DNA of 64,000 bases from Octopus vulgaris (lineage: Eukaryota), in NCBI GenBank assembly GCA_951406725.2, contig OX597823.1, positions 75,082,001 to 75,146,000 on the forward strand, given 5' to 3'. A program made the translations under genes and the position numbers. This document shows positions 26,468 through 38,214 of this stretch, in pieces. The notes beneath the pieces were generated by a model. That model saw only the letters and a list, made by a program, of their open reading frames with translations, did no database searches and was not told the origin of the DNA. Positions within the stretch are counted from its first letter, which is position 1; every line of letters starts with the position of its first letter.

Positions 26468-26794
26468 TTATTTACATTTTTACCGCTTTTTTCCGTTATC
26501 GGATTTATCAGTAAGTGGTTTTAATGTTAGATTTCTTAGCCTTTTTATATCTTAAGAAGTTTGTGGTATTTTTCAAGCAAGGGAGAAGAAACAAGAGAAA
26601 AATTGGAGAAGGAGGGGAGGTAAAAGTCACGCCTCTTTACCTCCCCTCTGTCGCAAAAATGTTTTCCTTTTTTCTTCTTCCTTGCTTGGCAAACCCCACA
26701 AAATTTTAATATATAAAAAGGCCAAAAAATCTACCTTTAAACAACTGCTTGATAAATCCCATAACGGACGAAAGCGCTAAAAAATGGTAAATAA
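26468..26794. mobile_element. ~330-bp fold-back (MITE-like) element
   Basis: 26468-26625 is an imperfect reverse complement of 26634-26794 (e.g. GAGGGGAGGTAAA/TTTACCTCCCCTC; GGATTTATCA/TGATAAATCC). Confidence 0.75.
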
Positions 26795-26856
26795 GATGTA
26801 AATATAAATATATAAAGTCTTCCAAAATTTTGCTTAACTTTATTATTCTATATAAT

Positions 26857-27305
26857 CGGATATTTATCACAACGCTTCAGCTGACATACGCTCTAGACTT
26901 CATCAGGTGTATTATGGAAATTCCGAAGGTATTTTTCGATGTTGTTGTTGTTCTTCTTATTATTATTAAGGTCAGTGTCTGGAATCGAACTCGGAATCTT
27001 GGGGAAAGTAGTTCTTAACCACAACTCCATCAGCCCGTGGGCAATTATGGAGTGAATTTTAGGGCTTATAAATCTAATATTTTCCTATCCTTCCTTAATA
27101 CCGGTCCCCATATGCTATTCATATCTGCACTCGGTCTGCTTAGGAGGTTGTTGTGTCCTAGCATATGTACACTTCTTTTAGTTTTCGTGTTTTTAGTAGT
27201 GTTCTCTGTCTATTATTTTAACTTCATCCCACAAAGGGGTGTCCATTTCTCCATACATGATCAGCTTTACTCGATTTATCAATATCTTCCCGTGTTACAG
27301 CTTTG
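26857..27305 (-). mobile_element. PLE 3' end: GIY-YIG C-terminus, stop, tRNA-like module, (AAT/AAC)n, hammerhead
   Basis: Minus strand gives DIDKSSKADHVWRNGH.LWDEVKIIDREHY...KLKE...MLGHNNLLSRPSADMNSIWGPVLRKDRKILDL*, then B-box GAGTTCGATTCC (~26993-26982) and CTGATGA...GAAGCGTT (26911-26866). Confidence 0.85.
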
Positions 27306-27499
27306 CGATTTTCTTCTACCCTTATTGGGGGTGGCATGTTTCGCCACAGATTCAACGAGTAACAAGAGCAAGAACAAAAGAGCAACAAAAGAGCAACAGA
27401 TGTTTCGCCACAGATGCAACAAGTAACAAGAGCAACAAAAAAATTACTAGTACAGCAAAAAAAAAAAATTATACAATAATTAATGAAGTGTAAGTCGAC

Positions 27500-27735
27500 C
27501 TTTGAACACCTGTCTTAGTTTAAATTTAAGCGGACTCCCTTTGGTGTATAAGTGGTTCCTTCCATATTTTAGTAACTGATGGATACAATGCTGTGTGACT
27601 GTGGATTTGCTATCATCTATTTAGACGATATTCTAATAAAAAGTGAATCACATAAACAACATGTAGAACACATTAAAAGGGCATTCGCGAAGAGTAGAGA
27701 GAATACGGTATCAAGATAACGAAAGAAAAATGCTT
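27500..27735 (+). mobile_element. Ty3/gypsy LTR-retrotransposon RT fragment
   Basis: FKFKRTPFGV*VVPSIF...LMDTMLCDCGFAIIYLDDILIKSESHKQHVEHIK...YGIKITKEKC. Confidence 0.8.
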
Positions 27736-28044
27736 CCCTAACGTTCTAAACCCCATCGCGATAGGTGAAAATCCTCGAGATAGGACCAGTACTGTACTGA
27801 TTATTATTTTAAATATAAGTTGTGTATATTAATTTTATTATAAATGCAAAACAACACCAGATATTAATCGACGAAAGCTTATATGATAAACCGGGATATA
27901 AGTTATAAGATATAACCCCGAAATAAGAATCGTGCTATGGCGAGAGATTACTGAATAAATATAGTTTAGAGAAGAGAGAGTGATATTCTCCATACAGAAA
28001 ACACTTCGTAGCAGCCAAGACATTTAAACTTGAGCAGGTAGATG

Positions 28045-28368
28045 AGTAAATATAAGGATTGGCAAGTTACGCATCTCGCTATACAAAAAAAAAATTAAAT
28101 GAATTTAATAAAAAAAAGTACATATGTTTACGTATAAAAACTGCAAATATACACAGAATAGAAATGTTATCAGGAATTAAAGTGGTTGAATAAGAATTAT
28201 ACGAGCCCAAATTTTAAAACTCTTATTCAGCCCCTCAATTCCTGATATCATTTTTGTACTGTGTAAGTTGGACCTTTTTATATATCAATATATGTACGTT
28301 ATTTCTAAGAAATGTATTTAATATTCTCTGTATATCGTGTTACCTAATTTGCTTATCCTTACATTTAC
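28045..28368. mobile_element. ~320-bp decayed fold-back (MITE-like) element
   Basis: Inner arms ACACAGAATAGAAATGTTATCAGGAATT..TGAATAAGA / TCTTATTCA..AATTCCTGATATCATTTTTGTACTGTGT; outer arms GTAAATATAAGGAT / ATCCTTACATTTAC. Confidence 0.65.
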
Positions 28369-28429
28369 ATACATAAATGTATGTATGAGTGTATGTGTGG
28401 GTCTGTGTAATGCATCTGTATATATAGTG

Positions 28430-28470
<41 letters not shown>

Positions 28471-28479
<9 letters not shown>

Positions 28480-28872
28480 TGTGACAATTATTCGGTTGCC
28501 ATAATAAAACTCCGAGTTTCGGATGTCGGGTCGGAAACCTGCATCAGCAACTCTTCAGTTATCAGCCGGTGCAGGTTTCTGCCCCGACATCCGAAACTCA
28601 GAGTTTTATTATAGCAACCAAATGACTGTCACATATTATATTGCAGATAAATTCCGCTATTTACATAATATCGAGGGCTCTTTTATTCTTTTGTGAGCTT
28701 ATTCCTTCACTTCATTCTCTATTCCATATCTTATCTAGAATGACTATTGCTTAACCATTTTCTCACACCGTCTCCGTTGAAGGGGTATATAAAATATAAC
28801 GGAAACAGCTGTAAGACCTCTTTATAAATGACCTCAAATCTTTCACAGCCTTGAGTTTTTATCTCATTCTGT

Positions 28873-28880
<8 letters not shown>
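28471..28880 (+). mobile_element. Microsatellite-flanked element with an ~80-bp-arm hairpin and a degenerate hammerhead
   Basis: 28471-28548 is inverted against 28566-28642. 28770-28817 reads gtct-CCGTTGA-(decayed stem II)-GAAA-CAGCTG-TA-agac. Confidence 0.6.
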
Positions 28881-28956
<76 letters not shown>

Positions 28957-29679
28957 GTATGTATATGTATATATATATAAACTAACAGAATGAGATAAAA
29001 ATGTATATACATGTGTGTGTATGCATATATTTATTGTTCGAAAATATATTAATATTTGGAGTTACATTTGAAGTAGTATTTTATGTCCACGCCGGTGGTT
29101 TTAAAGGACTTATTGCGCAAGATATAATGTACTACGGTACGCTCTGACGTTATATAATGCCACATACTATAATAATAACTTTGGTATAACTATATACTTT
29201 TTTTCTTCATACGCAATGTTTTAATCAATCACAGCCAGAGAAGAGCGTAATATCTTAACTTGGCTGGGTTCACGCCTTAAATATAATCAATATTTTCAAT
29301 CAGAGAAATTGCGAATAGAGTCAAGAATACTCACTGCATTAATTTTTATCGTGCATTATATATTTTGGTTTTGTTTGTATATGATCTATTATTTTGAATG
29401 CAAACTTTTTTGTGACGTCAAAATGTTGCTATAATAGGAATTAAAGAGCAAAAGAAAAGTGAAATTTTTTTCAGCTGTTAAAATTTAATGTCTATTAGTT
29501 TCACATGGTACCGCCGTTTGATGGAGTAAACGAAGATTTTACCTTTTTTTATGCTTTCTGTTGGCTTACAATTCGCGACGGGAAGTAAATAAACGAACGA
29601 GGCAAACAGGACCTAATGGTTAAAAATTTAAGATTTATTTATCGTAGACCTATAAAAGTACCACAGCTCGTACTAATTA

Positions 29680-29911
29680 TTTCTTTACAGCCCTCAAGAG
29701 TATACACACAGAGGGGACAAACATTGACAGAAAAAGGGATTAAGTCGATTACATCGACTGTAGTGAGTAACTGGTACTTAATTTATCGACCCCGAAATGA
29801 TGAAAGGCAAAGTCGACCTCGGCGGAATTTAAACTCAGAACGTAACGGCAGACGAAATACCACTAAGCATTCCGTCCGGCGTGCCAATGCTTTTTGCCAG
29901 CTCACCGCCTT
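29680..29911 (-). mobile_element. tRNA-derived SINE with a Meta-type central domain
   Basis: Minus strand: head AAGGCGGTGAGCTGGCA...GAGTTTAAATTCC, then GAGGTCGACTTTGCCTTTCATCATTTCGGGGTCGATAAATTAAGTACCAG, similar to the MetaSINE core. Confidence 0.8.
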
Positions 29912-29915
29912 CTTG

Positions 29916-29916
<1 letters not shown>

Positions 29917-30012
<96 letters not shown>

Positions 30013-30203
30013 ACTACTACTACTACTACTACTACTACTGCTGCTGCTGCTGGTGTTGCTACTACTACTACTACTATTACTGCTACTAAGGCTGATAATA
30101 CCACTAATGCTCTTACTAGTGCTAATAGCAATACCACTAATAATAGTAGTAGAGATATTGGTGTAGATAGTACTATAATTATTATTGTCATTATTATTAT
30201 TAT
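29917..30203. repeat. (CTA)n/(CTG)n/(ATT)n trinucleotide tract
   Basis: Read directly; source of the poly-Y/T/L/V/S ORFs. Confidence 0.95.
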
Positions 30204-30204
30204 C

Positions 30205-30780
30205 AATCCACTCGTTGGACCCGAGTGGCGGAGGCAAAACGTGGCAACAAAGCCACCATTTGTTTTTTGATGGCCCAGAACGGGCGCAAGATGTTTGAAC
30301 CGAAGCAGTTGTGTGCGGCTTTCAGCAGCACTTTGCTCCTCTTGTCGAGACGAGTAATAGGGCGAATAGCAGGGCAGACCTCGGTTTCTGTCTAGACATC
30401 CTGGTGTGAAAGGCCGACAACAGGCGTCAAAATATAGGAGTTGCGGAAGGGCTGAGCCAGAGGCAGAGAGAAAGGTTTGGATGGTCTGCATTAAGAGCTT
30501 TATATTTCTATGACAGACTTGTGAGCTTTTTAGCGGACGTCTACTGCAACAAAACGGGAGAATTGCCACCTGTGTTTGTGTATGTGTAGTGGTACTGTTG
30601 AGAAAGGACCCACACAACGGGGACATGATAGAGAATTTCAGGCACCTCACCCTGCTCAATGCAGAGCTGAATATTTTGGCCAATCTGTTGACGCTTGCTG
30701 TGGACAAGCTCATAGGCGATGCGCAAGCATGCACCATCCAAAGAAGGACTCTTCGCAACAACCTTCACCCCATGTGCTAT
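30205..30780 (+). mobile_element. Tx1/L1-like ORF2 fragment (RT domains 0-2)
   Basis: GLDGLH*ELY (PG.DG motif) and LLRKDPHNGDMIENFRHLTLLNAELNILANLL...LIGDAQ...RTLRNNL (NFRPITLLN.D.KI motif). Confidence 0.8.
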
Positions 30781-30904
30781 AACATGCTGTTTTTGTTGTT
30801 GCTGTTGTTATCATCACCATTATCATTATTGTCATTATTATTACATTCGCAGCAGCAGCTGTTGCAGTAGACTCAGTAGTAGTAGTAGTAGTAGTTGTTG
30901 TTGT

Positions 30905-31580
30905 TCATCCTGAGTTCATCCTTTGTACGGCCACACCTTGAATACTGCTGCCCACTGTGGTCTCCTCACACAAGACAAAACATCTCCAGAATTGAGTCAC
31001 CCCAGAGGGCTCTCACTAAACAAATTGAAAGCATGGCTGCTCTCGACTATTGGGATCGCCTTAAAGCCTTGAAACTTTACTCCCTCCAGCGTCGCCGTGA
31101 GCGGTACATCATTTGTACGATGTGGAAAATATACCGCCAACTTTGCCCAAACGACCTAAACATTAGCTTCAAGGTTCATCCGAGACTTGGACTACGGGCT
31201 ATACGTCCCCTGCCAAATTCAAGATCACAACATACATGTACACTGCAACATAATTTCTTTTCCTCAACAGGCCCTGCCCTATTTAACATTGTTCCGAGGG
31301 AGATCAAAGAGGAAAAGGATCCCATCAACTTCAAACAGAGTCTGGATAGATTCCTTCAAAGAATACCAGACAAGCCACCCATAATTGGATACAACTCACC
31401 CAACAAGAACTCACTACTTGAACAAAACTGGATACAACTCACCCAACAAGAACTCACTACTTGAACAAAACTTGACTTAAACAGGATTCGAATAATCCTA
31501 TCAGGTGGTGCTATTAAGTTAGACATGGCCTGGACCAATCTCTGGTCGAAACATATCTAAGTTTTTATCTAAGTTTTTAT
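30905..31580 (+). mobile_element. 5'-truncated CR1-clade LINE: open ORF2 C-terminus, 3'-UTR stem-loop and repeat tail
   Basis: ORF 30895-31464 has FVRPHLEYCCPLWSP...QRALTK...YWDRLKALKLYSLQRRRER...LFN.VP...FKQSLD; GACCA-atctc-TGGTC hairpin; (ATCTAAGTTTTT)2 tail. Confidence 0.9.
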
Positions 31581-32090
31581 ACCCAAGGCTCGGTTCACTA
31601 TCGCTTTAGTATCAACTAAAAGGGTGCATGATACTACATTAAATAATTTACATCTTGATGAATTTATAATTTCATGGTTTAGAAAGACCATACATGTTAA
31701 ATATAACTCGATCAATATGAAATGTGTTATATTATCACTTAATGTATTTAATGATAAATGAATGTGAAGATCAGTTTGTGTACATCATAATCTAATTTTT
31801 TGATAAAGCCGTTTTATGACGTACTTTTCACAAAATCACATAGGTGATTGCATTGTTTAATGGAGCACCTGATACATATACGCAGAGAAAGAGAGAGAGA
31901 TATAGGGATAGAGAGAGAGGGAGGTAAGTGTTATATCTTTAAAATTGTATCCCTTCATTCATTCACAGCGACTAATCAGATAAAATCAAGTTAAACAAAC
32001 TGGGAAAATAAATCTCGCTTAGTCACAGGCAAATGCACTAATTGTCCTTAAGATAAACACGTTGTAGTGCTGCTTATATTTATAGTCACA

Positions 32091-32153
<63 letters not shown>

Positions 32154-33229
32154 TGTATGTATGTATGTATGTATGTATTGGTGTCATCGATTAATCAAGC
32201 AAGTGATATAATCGATTCCAGCGCTAATATTAGGGTTGATATACAGAATGAATATGAGAAATTTATAGAGAGAAAAATATGGAAAGAGAATGAAAGAAGG
32301 ATGGAACGATGAATACAGAGAGTAAGATAGTAATATAATGAATTTTATATTTTTGTGTTGCTCTGATTTATGACAAATTTAAATATTATTTATGGCGATT
32401 TATTTACTATAGAGAGGCAAATGGAAAATGATAATTATAATGTTTTACTCGCCAAACTAATTTCTTACAAATATTTGTGTTTTAGTTGGTTGTAATTTTT
32501 AGTTACAGAGTTACGTAGTAATTGTAATATATTACGTATATTATATTCAGAGAATTACAAAGCATTATTAATTCAACAAATCGTGGCATGAAGTCTACTT
32601 ACTTCCAGTAAACAACAAATATCTATGGGATATACAATAGAAAAAAAAATCATTTATGCAACTGTTTATCAGAAAGTGTGAGTATAAAAAAATAAATTTA
32701 AAGATAAACAATTGCGATACATTTTGAAGTCTATAGACTGCAGAGAGTTTGAGATCACAACAAACACAGCAAGCGCTTAAGTATATAAGAAATTCCTACG
32801 TTTGAGTATCACCTAAGAAATTATTTTATATTTGAAAATAAATATATAACCAATGCGATATATTGTCTACGCAAAATGGATTCTTTAATTGAAATGATTA
32901 TATATGTTCTCGAGGGTTTTAATGTATAACATATATAGGTTTGACTACATTAGTGTAAAATATTGAATAGGGATTGACGAATATGATTATTGAGCCAAAA
33001 TCCAAAATCCATAAAAACATTTTATGTAGGACAGAATGACGTCTTTATTCTCTCTTTCTTTCTTTCTCTCACTGTGTACATGTATAAATGACATGAACGA
33101 GATAGATGATATAATAGAAGTTCTGTGATTGTTATTAAAAGAAACAAGGAGAAATGTAAAGTGATAAAGAAAAGAAGAAACGCTTGTTCCTCTCTTGTAT
33201 ACTTTGGTTCTCTGATGCTTAATTTCATC

Positions 33230-33900
33230 CTAAAAGTTTAGGATGTTATCTGTTGGTCGTAAAATGTTTAAGTTTTCAGCAATAAAAAGTTTATCTGTAT
33301 TCTTTAGTTATAGGAAAAAATTTCCATTCTATCTAGAAAGTTGCTTATTCCACATGTTTTCATTGTCCGTATCATATATGACAAGGATATTGCATGTTTT
33401 ATTCTATTATTATTGTCTCTGAATAACGCCAGGTGTTGTGTATACATTTCCCTTAACGAGTTGCCTCACATTCCTTCCGATATACGTCTTTCCTATTTCT
33501 CTGGTATCTGTGGTCTTGATCTGGTATACGAAATATTTCTCGAGACAATTGTTGTTTAGAGGGAAGCGGTTTGGAGATCTACAGTTCCATTTTCTTTCGA
33601 GGGTGATTCTGGTGTGTTTAATTTATTGCGATTGAGAATTGTTGACTATACATTGGGAAGGCAAATATATCTGACATTAACTGTACTTCTCTGAATTTGT
33701 CTATTAATTCTAAGAATTTCTTTGCTATGTTAGTAGAAACATTCATGCAATAAGGTGGGTTAAAAGGAAAAAAAATCCGTCTCTCAGCGTCCTCTTGGTC
33801 TATTTATTTTTGGCTTAATGAAGTATATGCTATTCTCAAAATTGAACCTTTCTAATGCAACACTATAAAATGTGGCTGCTTTTTCTGAAGTGTCGTTGTC
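33230..33900 (-). mobile_element. Decayed PLE linker plus GIY-YIG endonuclease (Nematis/Neptune-like motifs)
   Basis: Minus strand gives FNPPYCMNVSTNIAKKFLELIDK, NCRSPNRFPLNNNCLEKYFVYQ and KTYIG. Confidence 0.8.
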
Positions 33901-34104
33901 GGCGTATGCTTGTAAATATTCTTATATGTATGCATAAATACATATATGCATATGCGTATGTACATATACGAATGGTGATGAAATAATCCTCGGTTTGGGC
34001 AAAAGAAGATACATGATGATTAGTTTATTATGTGAGAAAAACAGTAAATATCACTTTTATTGTAGTTTGCGTCTTTTCGTAAAAAGGAAACTAAATATAT
34101 GCAT

Positions 34105-34371
34105 TTCTATATTTCAGAGATGAGGAATTACGTGCATTATTTACATTATTTATATTATTTACATTCGACGGATATTTGTGGTCATCGTGTTTATTGTTAA
34201 CACAACGTTTTGCCTGATATATACTCAAGCATTCTTCAAGTGTCTTGGGGAAATTTCAAACCTGGGTTCTCCATCCTAAGGTATCTTTTGATGTTGTTGT
34301 TGTTATTATTATTATTATCATTATTATTATTATTATTATTATTATTACATTTGTTGTTGTAGTTGTTATTA

Positions 34372-34426
<55 letters not shown>

Positions 34427-34440
34427 CTTTGTTGTTGTTG

Positions 34441-34484
<44 letters not shown>

Positions 34485-34559
34485 TTTCAGATCACTGCTT
34501 GAAATCGAACTCGAAATCTTGGGATCAGTAGCCCCCGCGCTTAACCACTACGCCAAATG
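34105..34559 (-). mobile_element. tRNA-head/hammerhead short element, head to tail, with expanded (AAT)n
   Basis: Minus strand: TGGCGTAGTGGTTAAG, GAGTTCGATTTC, ~190-bp (AAT/AAC)n, degenerate hammerhead at 34244-34199, tail TAATTCCTCATCTCTGAAATATAGAA. Confidence 0.85.
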
Positions 34560-35662
34560 TAATTATATGCATTCCGAAAATAATTTTAAATTGACGAACA
34601 TAGTTTTCTCTATTAGGATGTTCTAATACCAGTTGTTGTAGCGTTTATATGGCAAGGAATTTAACAACCTGGCTTAAATAATAGTCTTTAGAAATATTTA
34701 ATAGCGTGGACATGTCAACCGTAAGCCACAACCTATATTTTAGTTTGTGTCTGTACTCGTTCTATGTAGTAATTTACTATTTATGCTGTAATAATACAGA
34801 TATTGTAAACTGTATACAATAGGTCTTACTGAGGGTGCTTAATACACCTAAACATTTACCTCTTGCTCCTCCACTTATTCTGCAAAGACATAGTCTATGT
34901 TTAAAAGCTTTGATTACCCAAAACTTTTAGAGGTCTGTCACATATTTCTCATAAATTTTGTGGAAACCATAACGAGAATTTATTTTTTAATACCCCGCAT
35001 AAAATACTTGAATTTGGTATGGTATGAAAGCCTGAAAGATACGATATATTTGTCACCTGTACACTTCATAGTCAAAAGCAAACGCATACTGAAATATATA
35101 TATTTTTGTTTATGTATCATTCATACATTTTGGTAAACTCTTCGTTATTCATCATCTTTCATGGCTGATACAGTGCTGTTTCTATTACTACAAATGTTCC
35201 TCTGTCACCAAGTGACTGTAAAGATAAACTTTTAAAGCATAAAATTAGTAGTTCAGTCTGCATCACACTCTATAATTTGGTAACAGAGTTCTTTCAAAAT
35301 TCATTAACCGTAAAACTGTGTATGTCCATAATGTGTGTTCGTTACTGAGTATATACCAAACTATGCACCTTCGATAATATATTCATCGTTTGACGCACAA
35401 TTCGAATAGTGAAGCAGGCATACATTTCGGAAGATACAGTACTCGTATTAGAAGGGAAAAACAGCCCAGAGAATTTATGCACCCAGTAGCAACATCATCA
35501 TGGAGAACATTGAACACTTTGAATATAATTTGAATATAACGAAGATAATGAATGAAATTTTAATATTTCTATTTTTGAAAACCAGTAGATGTATTCCACT
35601 GAAATTAGGTAAATAATCCTTCGAACAGACGGTTGGCAGCGAAGCCTTCTGAGTCTGGCTAC

Positions 35663-35705
35663 TCTGCATTGATAAAGGGCAAATACCCTGAAACATGTCT
35701 GTAGA
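35663..35705 (+). ncRNA. Degenerate minimal hammerhead ribozyme of a separate family
   Basis: tctgca-TTGATAA-aggg(caaata)ccct-GAAA-CATG-TC-tgtaga: 6-bp stem I, 4-bp stem II, palindrome ACATGT, GUC triplet, two core transitions. Confidence 0.55.
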
Positions 35706-36479
35706 TGTCTTACCAGCAAGGGGAAACGGCTGACCGCCCCTGTTCGAAGGTTATAATGGACACAGGTTCGTGTGTCACATAGGTAGCTAGAGGCGATAGC
35801 TTCTTGGAGCTAATCACCAGCAACTTTAGTCTTATATTTATGGACTGCCATATTAGCTTGGTGATAACTGTTAATTTCCAGTACCGCTGCTGTAGTCTCC
35901 CTTAGAGAGATTTCGTAATTTTAACATTTCGAATTTTCAATATGATTTGAATAGAATGAAATTAAAACTAAGCGCATTTTCTGTTATATCTATTAAGTGA
36001 TAGTATGCAACTAGGAGTTCTTTTCGACGGGACCAGTTTGTCATCACTTCTGTCAATGAAAGCGACAAAATCGTTATAAGAGTGCTTAATATAGCAATTT
36101 AAATATAGTTTTCTTAAAGGCCTACAAATGACCAATACCGGCATTACGCATCAAGTCAGTCTTTAAATATTGTTTAATAAAATATCGAACGGTTACGAAA
36201 TTCGTAATCTTTGCGCATGATAATTGCTTCACCTTCGCAGAGGATAGCAGCCTCCCATTCCGGCTCATTGTTCTGCTTTACTTCCATGCTTACACTTGCA
36301 CGGTTATGACTTTCACATCACGCTTCCATGACCATAAATGTTTATAAAATACAAAACAGTTTAGAAATTAAATGACAGTAAAACATCTGTACGCCAATGT
36401 ACATCACTTTTGCCATTCTCTTGTTATCGTAGTAGATTGCAGTCACAAGGATTGCATGAAGACTTAAAGATTTGTGTCA

Positions 36480-38214
36480 GAGTTTATTTATCCTAGGAGA
36501 GCTGCCTTCCCAACAGCTAAAACTGATGGGAATTTCATGACAAAATCGGTGAACTGTTAACGGAAATCTACATAGTATATATAACAGATATACACAAACT
36601 TATAGTCTGCGCAGCCCTTGTAGATGTGCACACCATTGAGATTGAAGTGACTAAAAACGCAGGACATACTGTCGTGGTGGAAAGAAAGAGATGAGAATCA
36701 AACTGAATGGCTCAAAATAGATCCTGGACGCATGAATGCAATCATAAAAAAGAAGTGGACGACGGAAACACACAGGAATGAATTGCAAAGGAAACACAGC
36801 ATAAAACAAAACGGACTGTAAACTGTTAACGCATGAATACAGCGAAAAATAAAAGCACAAACGGGTAAAAACAAGACAGATACAGGAAGAGAACAAATCA
36901 GTAGCAGCAGAAGTAACACTTCAACAACGAAAGAAAATATTATGAACATCTTAATAAAGAAGATCAGGGAAATGACATACCAGAGCCTGAATGAGCACGA
37001 AAATCCTAAGTAGAAATTTGGAGCTAAGATGTTCAACATAATATAAAGTTGACTAGTTACAGGAATTACAAAGAGGTATAGAAGATGGATATACATAAGA
37101 AAATATAACTATTGCGGATAAGACAGTTCAACAAGTGAAGCAGAAAAACAAATTGGGATGCTCCCGACCAAGATGGTGTCCAGGGATTGTGGCGCAAAAT
37201 CCTCCTAAGTATACACAGGTGGTATATACGACTGTTTTTTTACTGACTGCATAGAAAATACACCACTAACATTGATGAGAAGTGTAAGGATTGTGTTGTA
37301 ACAGGAGGAGAAAGAAAAATGAGGTCCAGTAAGCAATTATAAACCTACAACATGCATAACGTCATTCTGAAAACTATTAACTGTCGTCACAACCAATGAC
37401 GTATATAATTTACTGGAAAATGAGGATCCACTGCCGGGGAGGCAAAGATTGATGTAGGAAGAAATGAAGGGAAAATACTACATAGAGAGACCAGAATCGC
37501 TAGGTAACGTGAAAATACGCAGGGGCATTGTTCAAGGACATTTCCTCTCACCGTTCCTCCCGCCAACAAATTTACCGAGAAAATCCAAGCCTGCCTATGA
37601 GTTTATCAAAACCAGTATTAGAGTAAACCTGTATATACAAAAAATTAGACCGACCTAGAATCTTTAATCCAACCAGTGAGAGTATTCATTATAGACATTG
37701 GAATGCAGTTTGGAGTAGATAAGTGCGCAGTACCTTGAAGAGAGGGTGTAAGATAACGCCTGATGGTATGATATTATCAGAAAGCATCATCATTAGATTT
37801 ATGTGGAATATTGAGGGATACAGATGTCTAGGAGTATTGCAATAAGAGAAGATAAGGGAAATTGGAATGAGAGAAAAATTAACTTAAGAATAGAAAAGGA
37901 AAATTCTGAAGAGGTTCGCAACCAAATAGAATGAAGAGAATATCTTGACTAGAGCACTTCGGTTATTTATTGATGAGCGATTAGAAGATGAAGTTTACTT
38001 AAGCGACATACTGCTTATAATAATGCAGGGAAAATAAATTGTATAAAATTAAAAGAGCAGAGAAGGTCTCAGTGAAACCCCAGAGGGATACATATATCTA
38101 GGAGTATTGCAATAAGAGAAGATAAGGGAAACTGGAATGAGAGAAAAATTCACTTAAGAATAGAAAAGGAAAATTCGGAAGGGGTTCGCAACCAAATAGA
38201 ATGAAGAGTATATC
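36480..38214 (+). mobile_element. Decayed R4/Dong-like (RLE) LINE, RT region
   Basis: WWKER, RYRKRTNQ, NWDAPDQDGVQGLW, SNYKPTTC..F*KLLT, VKIRRGIVQGHFLSP, IDIGMQFGVDKCAV and GYRCLGVL occur in the correct order. Confidence 0.8.

Noticed and set aside
27338-27440. Repeated GTTTCGCCACAGAT...AACAAGAGCAA units, CRISPR-like
   Set aside because: Only two copies with low-complexity spacing in a eukaryotic context; a simple tandem duplication.
29616-30761. Long ORFs (308 aa on minus, 157 aa on plus and others)
   Set aside because: Open only because of (CTA/CTG)n repeats and the antisense of Tx1/SINE sequence; no protein family signal.
31527-31556. Hammerhead-like CTG-GACCA...TGGTC-GAAAC in the CR1 3'-UTR
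   Set aside because: Lacks the ANGA of the core and a stem I; better explained as the LINE 3' recognition stem-loop.
34821-34860. CTGAG-GGTG...CACC-TAAAC hammerhead-like stretch (similarly CTGATGA near 4266 and 9891)
   Set aside because: Core incomplete, or stems I/II absent.
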